A stretch of 14,472 nt of DNA from Promethearchaeota archaeon. Its GTDB lineage: Archaea; Asgardarchaeota; Lokiarchaeia; Sigyniarchaeales; SOKP01. Below are positions 1-8,089 of the stretch, one piece after another. A program made the position numbers and the translations under genes. A model generated the notes under the pieces. It ran no database searches and was not told the origin of the DNA. It worked only from the letters and a program-made list of their open reading frames with translations. The first letter of the stretch is position 1; each line of letters opens with the position of its first letter. The stretch is from positions 1-14,472 of the forward strand of contig JBHLLU010000080.1 in NCBI GenBank assembly GCA_048938895.1, written 5' to 3'.

Positions 1-1
1 T

Positions 2-3000
2 TATGGTAGTTTAGACTCTCCTGAATTAAATCGTGGAGGAAAAGATGTCCATGAAGGGTATGGAAGATTAAATATTGATATTGCTCTTGAAGCTTATAGT
101 AATGAGTTAACTTCAGGTTCTAGCCAAAATGGGTTGATTAAAAGCAGTTTAGAAGATGCTTTTACTAAACATGGTATTGGATGTCATGTAAATTTAAATA
201 ACGGAGAACAATGCACAATAACTCTAGATGTCCCTACAGGTGCTGATTTTGATCTTTATATGTATTCAAATGATCCTTCTTCTATAGGTGAACCAATATT
301 GGTTGCATCTAGTACATCATCAGGATTAGGTGTGGATGAGATGATTTCATATACTTCTTCAAGTGGAGGTAAGTATTATTTGATTGCAAAAGCTATTTCA
401 GGCGAGGGAATTGCAAATATTTCCTATATAGTTTTAGATCATGAGTTAAGTGTGTCTTTAGATATTCCAGATTCACCACAAATTGGAAATTCTTATATCA
501 TTAATGCTACTGTATTTAACGGTGGAGATAATATTGAGACTGATGTTGATTTGTATTTATATCTTAATGGTATGATTGTTAATTCGTCAATTATTTCAAC
601 TCTATCTATCGGAGCAAGCTCTACAATTAATTATAGTTGGACACCAATAGATTATGGAATTTATAATTTTACAGTATATTCTCCCCCACTATTTAGTGAA
701 TCATTCATAGAAAACAATATGCTTGTTAAAATCTTAGCAATAAGAAACATTACATTATTCGATGGGATGTATATCAATTATACCTGGTCAATTTTTGGTT
801 CAGATATGCCTGCTCAGTTTGCTTATTCGTATCTTTCTGGAGATATGTTTCATGTTGATTGGTACATGAATTCAACGTATTATGACTATTGGGATATTGA
901 TTCTCAAACCAGAATTATGTCAAATGGAGGGGGAAGTGGATGGTATTTCGGAGATGGATATCATACACCAATTTGGATTTTTCCAAATGTCTCTATAGGC
1001 GAACAGTTGTATATTGCAGTTGATGCAGAAGGAGATCATCTGTTTGAAGTAACTGATGAAATATTGTATGACTTACCTGGTTCTGGGATGTTAGAAGTAT
1101 GGGTTCTTGAAGATTTAACATTACCTGGTGGTTTGGGGTTATATGAGAAAAATACAGGAGTTCTAATTTCAGGTATTTTCTTCTACTCTGGGGGTGGGAT
1201 GTATAATTATACTTTTAGTTTTATAGATACCAATTTAGTATTTGATTATTTCATTTTAGATCATGATCTTAGTGTGTCATTAGAGGTACCAGAATACCCA
1301 GAAATTGGAAATACTTATGTTGTGAATGCAACCGTTTACAACAATGGGATCTATGAAGAAACAAGCGTAAATCTAACACTATATCTCGATAGTGTCATAG
1401 TAGATTCAGTTATGGTACCATCTCTTCCAATTGGTGGAAGTGAGATAATAAATTATATTTGGACTCCCTCTGAATATAGAACGTATAATTTTACTGCAAT
1501 TGCACCTCCAATCGCGGGTGAAATATATACTATAAACAACATTGTAATTGAATTAATAACAATTTCTAAATTAATGAATTATACGATGATCCCTAACTAT
1601 ATTTTTGATTGGACAGATGCCTCTGGTGGAACAGAACTAAATTTAGATGATGATGGATACGCATCGGTTATATTACCTTTTAATTTTCAATTCTATGATA
1701 AATCATTTTCAACCATCCATTTAAGCGCAAATGGGTATCTTAGTTTTAGTGATTCTACACCATATGAATATATTAACGTTGATTTCCCTTCAGGATCTTC
1801 CAGCCACACTTATATGATTGCCCCTTTTTGGGATGATTTGTATCCCCCTTCTGGCGGTCATATTTATGTGCAATCATTTGGAAGTTATTGGGTTGCAGAA
1901 TGGCAAGATATCTATCATATAGGCGGTCCTTTAGTCGGTTCCTTTCAAATTGTCTTGTTTGAGACAGGAGATATAGTTTTTAATTATGATTATCTAGACT
2001 ATACTAGTGGAGGATATACTTGCGGATTAAATTATGGATTAGATATTTCTTATTTTAATGTATATCGGGATTTATCAGTTTCAACAGATGATTTTTCAAT
2101 CCTTTTTACTCCACAATTAAGACCATGGGAACATGATCTGAGCGTTTCCTTAACAATCCCGGAATATATAGAAGTAGGAGAAACATACAACATAAACGCA
2201 TCCGTAGTAAATAATGGCATCTATAATGAAACGAATGTCGATTTGTTCTTATATCTTGATACAATCATTGTTAATTCTATAAATATTCCTTTTCTACCAA
2301 GCGGTACAAGTCATACAATAAGTTATTTATGGACACCAACTGAATATCGAACTTATAATTTTACAGTATATAGTCCTCCTATAACTAACGAAACTTTTAC
2401 ATCCAACAATTACAAAACAAAATTGGCTTTTCTTAATGTTATTACATTATTTGATGGTATGTATCTTAATCACACCTTTAGCATCATGAATATAGCAGGT
2501 CCTTCAAGATTTTCATATTCTTATATTTCGGGGAACATATTCCATGTAAATTGGGACTTTTTTCTAAATAATACGCTCTATCATGGTTCTTGGGATGTAG
2601 ACGCCAAAACGCGTTTAATTACAGGTTCAACAGGGATGACTCTATTCCCGAATTTTACTCATACTCCTGTTTGGATTTTTCCTAATATCATTATTGGTCA
2701 AATAATTCCCATTTCTGTTGCCACAGAAGGAGATCATGAATTTATAGTATCTAGGGATTTCACTTATAATTTACCAGGTTATGGGTCAGTAAACGTATGG
2801 GAATTAGAAGATTTAACATATCCAGGAGGATTCGCGTGGTATGAGAAAACAAGTGGTATTCTTCTTAATAGTACATTCTTTTTTTTCACAGGGGGAATCT
2901 ATAATTACTCTTTTGAACTTACAGAGACAAATGTTTTGGAGGAAGGAGATGTTCCCCCAGGAGACTTTATATTGTTGACAAACGCAGGGAATCCTGATAT

Positions 3001-3385
3001 TGATGGTGAATTTACCTTGGTATGGTCAGATTCCGAAGGTGCACTTACATATTCAGTGTATGAATACTCCCGAGTAATCACAGTAATTAATGAAAGTTTA
3101 AATCTTCTTAGTACAGGAATTACAGGAAATACAATACCCTTGAGTGGTTATTCTACGGGAACCTATTATTTTACTGTTGTAGCCGAGAATAATTCCGGTG
3201 TAACCTTATCTAATTGTATAGGTATAACTGTAGAAAAGCCAAAAAGAAGAAGTCATGGAATTCCCAGTTATAATCTATTATTATTGGTTGCCCTTATTAG
3301 TACCGTAAATCTAATATTCCTTATTAGGATTAGATTCAACAAAGATAAACATAAGAAAAAGAATAAAAAGGAAGAAAATTCCTAA
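2..3385 (+). CDS. Large cell-surface S8 (subtilisin-like) serine peptidase, 5'-truncated: S8 C-terminal end - PPC - CARDB - unknown repeat - CARDB - NIDO-like - CARDB - unknown repeat - Ig/FN3-like - Loki-CTERM-type anchor
   Basis: The frame of the 134..3385 ORF is open back to base 2 and reads YGSLDSPELNRGGKDVHEGYGRLNIDIALEAY, so the TTG at 134 is probably not the real start. 'GKD..EGYGRLN...A' is the typical C-terminal motif of subtilase catalytic domains. It is followed by a PPC-like domain (TITLDVPTGADFDLYMY...GKYYLIAKAISGEG). Three CARDB-like domains (xHxLSVSL.xP...Y.INATV.N.G...WTP..Y..YNFT) start at about 437, 1259 and 2129. A NIDO-like segment (DDDGYASVILPFNFQFY...SANGYLSF...IAPFWDDL) spans about 1580-2110. 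The C-terminus is IPSY + TM helix + Lys-rich tail. The catalytic Asp/His/Ser lie upstream of the window and cannot be seen. Confidence 0.85.
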   Translation, partial: YGSLDSPELNRGGKDVHEGYGRLNIDIALEAYSNELTSGSSQNGLIKSSLEDAFTKHGIGCHVNLNNGEQCTITLDVPTGADFDLYMYSNDPSSIGEPILVASSTSSGLGVDEMISYTSSSGGKYYLIAKAISGEGIANISYIVLDHELSVSLDIPDSPQIGNSYIINATVFNGGDNIETDVDLYLYLNGMIVNSSIISTLSIGASSTINYSWTPIDYGIYNFTVYSPPLFSESFIENNMLVKILAIRNITLFDGMYINYTWSIFGSDMPAQFAYSYLSGDMFHVDWYMNSTYYDYWDIDSQTRIMSNGGGSGWYFGDGYHTPIWIFPNVSIGEQLYIAVDAEGDHLFEVTDEILYDLPGSGMLEVWVLEDLTLPGGLGLYEKNTGVLISGIFFYSGGGMYNYTFSFIDTNLVFDYFILDHDLSVSLEVPEYPEIGNTYVVNATVYNNGIYEETSVNLTLYLDSVIVDSVMVPSLPIGGSEIINYIWTPSEYRTYNFTAIAPPIAGEIYTINNIVIELITISKLMNYTMIPNYIFDWTDASGGTELNLDDDGYASVILPFNFQFYDKSFSTIHLSANGYLSFSDSTPYEYINVDFPSGSSSHTYMIAPFWDDLYPPSGGHIYVQSFGSYWVAEWQDIYHIGGPLVGSFQIVLFETGDIVFNYDYLDYTSGGYTCGLNYGLDISYFNVYRDLSVSTDDFSILFTPQLRPWEHDLSVSLTIPEYIEVGETYNINASVVNNGIYNETNVDLFLYLDTIIVNSINIPFLPSGTSHTISYLWTPTEYRTYNFTVYSPPITNETFTSNNYKTKLAFLNVITLFDGMYLNHTFSIMNIAGPSRFSYSYISGNIFHVNWDFFLNNTLYHGSWDVDAKTRLITGSTGMTLFPNFTHTPVWIFPNIIIGQIIPISVATEGDHEFIVSRDFTYNLPGYGSVNVWELEDLTYPGGFAWYEKTSGILLNSTFFFFTGGIYNYSFELTETNVLEEGDVPPGDFILLTNAGNPDIDGEFTLVWSDSEGALTYSVYEYSRVITVINESLNLLSTGITGNTIPLSGYSTGTYYFTVVAENNSGVTLSNCIGITVEKPKRRSHGIPSYNLLLLVALISTVNLIFLIRIRFNKDKHKKKNKKEENS
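437..2935 (+). repeat. Internal duplication of a [CARDB + 'ITLFDGMY' domain] module (about 437-1240 and 2129-2935), plus a third CARDB copy (about 1259-1570)
   Basis: Shared motifs: ITLFDGMY(I/L)N(Y/H)T, F(A/S)YSY(L/I)SG..FHV.W, HTP(I/V)WIFPN..IG, EGDH.F.V, Y.LPG.G...VW.LEDLT.PGG...YEK.(T/S)G(V/I)L, GG.YNY.F. Similarity is still visible in the DNA: attacattattcgatgggatgtat at 749 versus attacattatttgatggtatgtat at 2441. Confidence 0.9.
3257..3385 (+). other. C-terminal sorting/anchor signal (Loki-CTERM-like: GIPSY - TM helix - basic tail)
   Basis: GIPSYNLLLLVALISTVNLIFLIRIRFNKDKHKKKNKKEENS*. This tripartite layout (motif, hydrophobic helix, basic cluster) matches PGF-CTERM/Loki-CTERM (IPGY-like) signals. 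Confidence 0.7.
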
Positions 3386-3594
3386 AACGTGGTTTACGTA
3401 AGGAGATTGTTTTTAGGTAATAAGGAATTTTATTAACCTTTTTTTCTATTTAAAAAAACGCAGAACTGATATTTAAATAATTTTCATTTAGAATATAATC
3501 AAAGTTTATGGATTATTTAAAAATAATAAAAAAATAATTTTAATCTTCTTGCATAAAAAATGAGATTATGAGTTAAGAACGGCTCAATAAAGTT

Positions 3595-3615
3595 AAAAAA
3601 AAAGAAAATAAAAAA
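3595..3615 (-). terminator. Archaeal oligo-T terminator for the 3616..4128 gene
   Basis: The minus strand reads TTTTTTATTTTCTTTTTTTTT directly after the TAA stop at 3616-3618. The region is convergent with the S8 gene, which has its own T-run at about 3439-3450 on the + strand. Confidence 0.55.
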
Positions 3616-4128
3616 TTATTGGGATTCGATTTTCATCGAATTGGCTTGAAATCCATGTCCACATCGAATACAATATACAAATCCTTTATTAGATAAGGTT
3701 TGAATCATTGTATCTGAAAAAGGACTGCCACATTCGCTACAAAAAGAAATATCTGAATGGACTGTTTGATATGTCTTTTGAATAGGAGTAATTGGTTCAG
3801 ATTCCTTTACAACTATAACTTGGGGTGGTGTTGGTTGCTTTTGTTCATTTGTAGCTTCTGGTTTTGGTTTTCCTGAAATCGCATAATACAACGCCTCGAA
3901 TAGTTTATAAAAAAGTAATCCAATTCCTTTCAATAGATAATATACTCCTTTCAATACATAATAAACTAAATATGCGACTCCTTTTATGATATAATATACA
4001 ATAACCACTGTTAATGCAATTACAGCAAATAAACCGATTAGTACTAATATTTGCCCATATAATGGTTGTGCTATATACCAATTCACAATTTCTTCCAATG
4101 ATACACCAAAAAAATAAACATCCTCCAT
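3616..4128 (-). CDS. Hypothetical membrane protein: N-terminal TM helix, periodic Tyr-rich amphipathic helix, Pro/Gln linker, C-terminal C4 zinc ribbon
   Basis: Hydrophobic ILVLIGLFAVIALTVVIV, then YYxxKG repeats, then FCSECG...YCIRCG. An SD-like GAGTGAT (minus strand, 4141-4135) lies 6 nt before the ATG. Confidence 0.8.
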   Translation of the reverse strand: MEDVYFFGVSLEEIVNWYIAQPLYGQILVLIGLFAVIALTVVIVYYIIKGVAYLVYYVLKGVYYLLKGIGLLFYKLFEALYYAISGKPKPEATNEQKQPTPPQVIVVKESEPITPIQKTYQTVHSDISFCSECGSPFSDTMIQTLSNKGFVYCIRCGHGFQANSMKIESQ

Positions 4129-4245
4129 TTTTTGATCACTCTGAAAAAGTTTTTTTTCTTAATTAAAATGTGAATTTAGTCAAATTAAAAAAATTTGGAG
4201 TCCAATTTTTAAAAGTAAAAATGATAAAATTTGAGAGAGTGATGG

Positions 4246-4263
4246 GAGAATTAATTAATTCTC
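4246..4263. repeat. Perfect 18-bp palindrome GAGAATTAATTAATTCTC
   Basis: Checked base by base as self-complementary. It lies 5 nt downstream of the stop of the minus-strand acyl-CoA synthetase gene. Function not established. Confidence 0.6.
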
Positions 4264-4268
4264 TTCTT

Positions 4269-5681
4269 TTAATCATTAAAGGAAGATTGATTATATTCCT
4301 CCATGAATTTAAAAGCCTTTATCGCTTGATTTATCCGAGTCATTACAGGAATTGTCAATTCGGGTTTTGAATATTCTGTAGAATTTTTTACGAAGTCGAA
4401 AATCCATCTTGAACCAAATGCTACAATAATGCATGGTTTTTTAAATTCTTCAGCTGCTTCTTTCAAGACTTTCATTTGTATTCTAAATCCTTCTAATCTA
4501 TTTCCTCCCATCCGCTGGAGTGGCACTCTAGGAACTGAAAATATAAAAAGAACACAATCTACATTTTCATCCTTAAAAATTGCTCTAATAGAGGGAATAA
4601 AAGTCTGGAACATAGAAGGGCCCAAATCAATAGTACCTCCTATTGATACCCAATTAGGTATTACTGATCTTATGGTACTAACCGTTTCATCATTTAAATT
4701 AGCGAGATTTAGCCCTTGTTTTTCGATTTCGTCACATGCTAAAGCACCTAAACTTCCAGATCCAGTGACTATTACAACATTTTTACCTTTTGGTAAAGGT
4801 TGAGTAGCGAAAACATGAGCAATATTAAATAGTTCATAAAAATTGTCAACTCTGAAAACTTTTGGATACTGTTTAATTAGAGCATCATAGATTCTATCAT
4901 TTCCAGCTATTGAACTAGTATGACTATTAACTGCCCTTGATCCAATCTCACTCCTTCCATTTTTCAAGATTAATACAGGTTTCTTCATCCTTCCAAATGC
5001 GTTTTTCAATTCTCTACCTCTTTTTGTACCTTCTAAGTAAAGTGTTATTACTTTCGTGTCAGGATCTTCATTCAAATAATCTAGTAGATCAACTTCATCA
5101 ACATCGACCTTGTTCCCTATTGTTGCTGTTTTTGAAAAAAAGATTCCTTGACTATTAGCCCAATCAATGAATACATTTCCTAATACGCCTGATTGGGCTA
5201 TCACCGCAATATTCCCTTTTGGAGTTGAAAAATCCATATCTGAAGTTGTGAATTGGTTGCTAAAATTAGAAACACCTACACAATTTGGACCGATCACTCT
5301 AATTTTCGATTGTTTAATAACTTCTTCTAGTTCGTTTTGAATTTTTTTGTATCTTTCGTTACCTGTTTCTGCAAAACCAGCAGATTCAATTATAATCCCT
5401 TTTACACCTTTTTCTATACAATCTTTAACAGATTGTAAAACATATTCATTTCCAACAATAATTATCGCCAAGTCAATTTCATCAGGAACATCTCTAATAT
5501 TTTTGTAAGCCTTATGTCCTAGAATTGTTTCACTGTTTATGTTGATAGGATAAGTTTTATATTTTGAATTTAAAAGGTAAGAAGTTGTCCCTCCACCAAA
5601 TTTAGGTTTTTCTGAAGCGCCTATAATTGCTATTGTTTTAGGGTTGAAAAAGATATCCATTTCTGACATATTAATCAACAT
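4269..5681 (-). CDS. acdA: Acyl-CoA synthetase/acetate--CoA ligase (ADP-forming), alpha-subunit type (CoA-binding domain + two succinyl-CoA-ligase-like flavodoxin domains)
   Basis: FFNPKTIAIIGAS (CoA-binding start), IIESAGFAETG, RVIGPNCVG, IAQSG, GNKVDVDEVDLL, LYLEG, LKNGRSEIGSRAVNSHTSSIAG (phospho-His motif SHT), IVTGSGSLGALACD. No ATP-grasp beta domain is fused. The real start may be the ATG at 5669 or 5660. Confidence 0.88.
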   Translation of the reverse strand: MLINMSEMDIFFNPKTIAIIGASEKPKFGGGTTSYLLNSKYKTYPININSETILGHKAYKNIRDVPDEIDLAIIIVGNEYVLQSVKDCIEKGVKGIIIESAGFAETGNERYKKIQNELEEVIKQSKIRVIGPNCVGVSNFSNQFTTSDMDFSTPKGNIAVIAQSGVLGNVFIDWANSQGIFFSKTATIGNKVDVDEVDLLDYLNEDPDTKVITLYLEGTKRGRELKNAFGRMKKPVLILKNGRSEIGSRAVNSHTSSIAGNDRIYDALIKQYPKVFRVDNFYELFNIAHVFATQPLPKGKNVVIVTGSGSLGALACDEIEKQGLNLANLNDETVSTIRSVIPNWVSIGGTIDLGPSMFQTFIPSIRAIFKDENVDCVLFIFSVPRVPLQRMGGNRLEGFRIQMKVLKEAAEEFKKPCIIVAFGSRWIFDFVKNSTEYSKPELTIPVMTRINQAIKAFKFMEEYNQSSFND

Positions 5682-5864
5682 CTAATACGAGTTACTTGAT
5701 TAAAAGATAATAATTAGGAAAATAATATTAATAACTTAAAGATTGGGTTCTTAACCTTGTAAATTAAATAAAGACATGTGCCTAAATATTAAATTCTGGG
5801 GTTTAAATAATTTAATTGAAATATAGATCAAAAAAGTGAATAGTAAGCATATTCCTAAAATATT

Positions 5865-6401
5865 ATGCTTGTTCCTGTTACTACTCATAAAATAGAAATA
5901 ATATGCCCTAATTGTAAAACAAGAGATCTTATTGGTGTGCCTAAAAGAGAATTAAATAAAAGCTCCCATTTAACTACAATTTCAATCCATAAGGGATTAA
6001 TCTGCCCTCACCACTTTCAGGTTTTCGTAGATAAAAATTTACAAATACGCGGGTATCAAAAAGTAGATTTTGAACTGAATAATGAAAATTCTAAAAAGTT
6101 AAGAAACGGAGTAAAGGCTTTTAATCAAGCGGGAATGGAAGAAAAGAAAATATTTAAAACTGCGGAATTTACTCCTAAAATCCAAGAATCTAAAGAAAGA
6201 AAGAACTTAGTTAAGGAAGTGTATTTATCAACCGAAAAAAGGACTTTAAAAGAAATTTATAATGAATTCTGGGAATTTATTGAAGAAAACAACGAGATTT
6301 TTCATAAATTTATTATAAATGATAAAAGACGTCGAAGTGGTTTAAATTTTCTTGAATTGAATGATCTTCACACTCAGCAAGAACTAAATCAAGAAATTTA
6401 G
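5865..6401 (+). CDS. Hypothetical protein with an N-terminal CxxC...CxH zinc-binding domain
   Basis: IICPNCKT...LTTISIHKGLICPHHFQVFVDKNLQIRGYQKVDF. Clean 178-aa ORF divergent from acdA, with TATA-like TTTAAATA at 5802-5809. Confidence 0.8.
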   Translation: MLVPVTTHKIEIICPNCKTRDLIGVPKRELNKSSHLTTISIHKGLICPHHFQVFVDKNLQIRGYQKVDFELNNENSKKLRNGVKAFNQAGMEEKKIFKTAEFTPKIQESKERKNLVKEVYLSTEKRTLKEIYNEFWEFIEENNEIFHKFIINDKRRRSGLNFLELNDLHTQQELNQEI

Positions 6402-6434
6402 TCAATTTAATAATTTCTAATTAACACTCTATTC

Positions 6435-6452
6435 TGTATTAAATGTAATACA
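6435..6452. promoter_or_regulatory. Inverted repeat TGTATTA-N4-TAATACA (candidate regulator site or terminator hairpin)
   Basis: Perfect 7-bp arms in the intergenic region upstream of the oxidoreductase operon, about 50 nt before TATA-like TTTAAAA (6503-6509). Confidence 0.35.
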
Positions 6453-6588
6453 AAAATTCTAAAAGAAGAATTCAGCTTTTTTATGAAATAGATATAAGAA
6501 AATTTAAAATTCAGTACTTAATTCTCAAAAATATTAAATTATTTTATTAAAAATAATAAAAAGAAGTTAAAATAAAAGGTTAGAAAAT

Positions 6589-8070
6589 ATGAGCTATAAA
6601 TTACCAACTGAAAAAGATTTAGAAGCAATGATAGGTATTGTCGGTAAAGAATACGCTACAAATAATAAGGCTATTACTGCATCTTACTTATCAAAATCGG
6701 TTATGGGCTTAGAATCACAGATTCCAGATATCGTAATCCGACCGAAATATGTCGAAGAGATTCGTAAGATCTTAATTTATTGTACTGCTGAAAAAATTGC
6801 AGTGAGCCCTGTATCTGCGGGATTATCAGGAGGTTTTGCATGCCCAACGATCAAACCTGGTGGAGTACTTCTTGATTTGGGGAGAATGAATAGAATCATT
6901 GAGATTGACGAAGAAAATCGTTATTGTATCATTGAACCTGGTGTCACAAATGGGCAGCTTTGGAGTTATATGCATAAGTATCATCCAGAATGGGCACCTC
7001 CCATTCCTGATGGAGCCCCACCTGCCGCAACGGTTATGGGTGATGCGATTGACAGGGGTTTTTCTCTCTATACTTCTAGTGTTGGACCACAAGGAGATAA
7101 TTTTATGTGTGGAGAAATAGTATTCCCTAATGGTGATGTCGTACGAACTGGTTCTTGGGCATTACCAACTGCGAAACCTTTCTATAAATATGGATTAGGA
7201 CCAGATATGTGGAGTTTTCTTATGGGAAGTCAGGGTTCTTTTGGAGTGATTACGAAAGCAGCTGTTAAGATTTACCCACACCCCAAATTCAAGACTGTCG
7301 TGGTATGGGGAATGGATAATCCCTACGATATGCAAGATCTTACCCTTGAGGTTGCTAAGCAAGAATTTGGCATTTCACACAACACTGTAATGGTTCAGGG
7401 GGGTAATTATCCACTTGTAATGGCTCGATGGCCCAAGGATAAAATCCCACATGATTACGAATTTTATAAAAGTATTGGAATTTCTCAATGGTGGATGAAT
7501 TGGGAGACATGGGCACAAACTCAAGAAGAATTGGATTACGCTACTAATAGAATTGATAAAATGGCCGAAGATTTTAAGAAAAAAGCAAAAAATCCCGATG
7601 CAATTATAAAACAGGAACTTCATCCTAAGCAAATTGCAAGTAGAATGAAAAAGCCAAATAAAATCGCAATTCCCTATAGTTTCTGGGAAGCTGGTTTCTT
7701 GTTTATTACTTGGTATACCCCTTGGCCAGAATGTGCTCATTTTGCTGAGATGTATACAAATAAGATGGAAGAATATGGATTCCCTCCAGTAATCTGGATT
7801 GCGAGTATTGAGCGCTGTAGACAAGCAATCTGTATGCCTATAGTTTGTTTTGACTCTACTAAACAATCTGATTTTGAGAAAGTTCAAGAATTGAATCGAG
7901 ATACAACAGAATATGCACTTAAGCAAGGCTGGCTTAATTATAGGCCTGATCCATATATCCATATCCAAGCTTATTATCAATCTGGAATGTATTGGAAATA
8001 TTTAAGGGCTTTCAAGAAGCTTGTAGATCCTAATTTTATTATGCATCCAGGAAGACTTGCTCTTCCATAA
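6589..8070 (+). CDS. FAD-binding oxidoreductase, VAO/PCMH (FAD_binding_4) superfamily
   Basis: PDIVIRP..VEEI..IL, SAGLSGG, GGVLLDLGRMNRIIEID....Y.IIEPGVT..QL, EIVFPNGDVVRTG, GPD...FLMGSQGSFGVITKA, and C-terminal FKKLVDPNFIMHPG. Confidence 0.92.
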   Translation: MSYKLPTEKDLEAMIGIVGKEYATNNKAITASYLSKSVMGLESQIPDIVIRPKYVEEIRKILIYCTAEKIAVSPVSAGLSGGFACPTIKPGGVLLDLGRMNRIIEIDEENRYCIIEPGVTNGQLWSYMHKYHPEWAPPIPDGAPPAATVMGDAIDRGFSLYTSSVGPQGDNFMCGEIVFPNGDVVRTGSWALPTAKPFYKYGLGPDMWSFLMGSQGSFGVITKAAVKIYPHPKFKTVVVWGMDNPYDMQDLTLEVAKQEFGISHNTVMVQGGNYPLVMARWPKDKIPHDYEFYKSIGISQWWMNWETWAQTQEELDYATNRIDKMAEDFKKKAKNPDAIIKQELHPKQIASRMKKPNKIAIPYSFWEAGFLFITWYTPWPECAHFAEMYTNKMEEYGFPPVIWIASIERCRQAICMPIVCFDSTKQSDFEKVQELNRDTTEYALKQGWLNYRPDPYIHIQAYYQSGMYWKYLRAFKKLVDPNFIMHPGRLALP

Positions 8071-8074
8071 ACTA

Positions 8075-8081
8075 AGGAGGT
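8075..8081 (+). promoter_or_regulatory. Shine-Dalgarno AGGAGGT for the Fe-S protein gene
   Basis: AGGAGGT lies 8 nt upstream of the ATG at 8090, in a 19-nt gap after the oxidoreductase stop. This supports co-transcription. Confidence 0.8.
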
Positions 8082-8089
8082 AGAAAAAA

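Noticed and set aside
134-136. TTG start of the 1083-aa ORF given in the track
   Set aside because: The frame is open to the window edge and encodes the subtilase C-terminal motif, so the gene starts upstream of the window.
4170-5158. Short + strand ORFs 4170..4370, 4429..4803 and 4937..5158
   Set aside because: They are antisense to or overlap the well-supported acdA gene and have no recognisable motifs.
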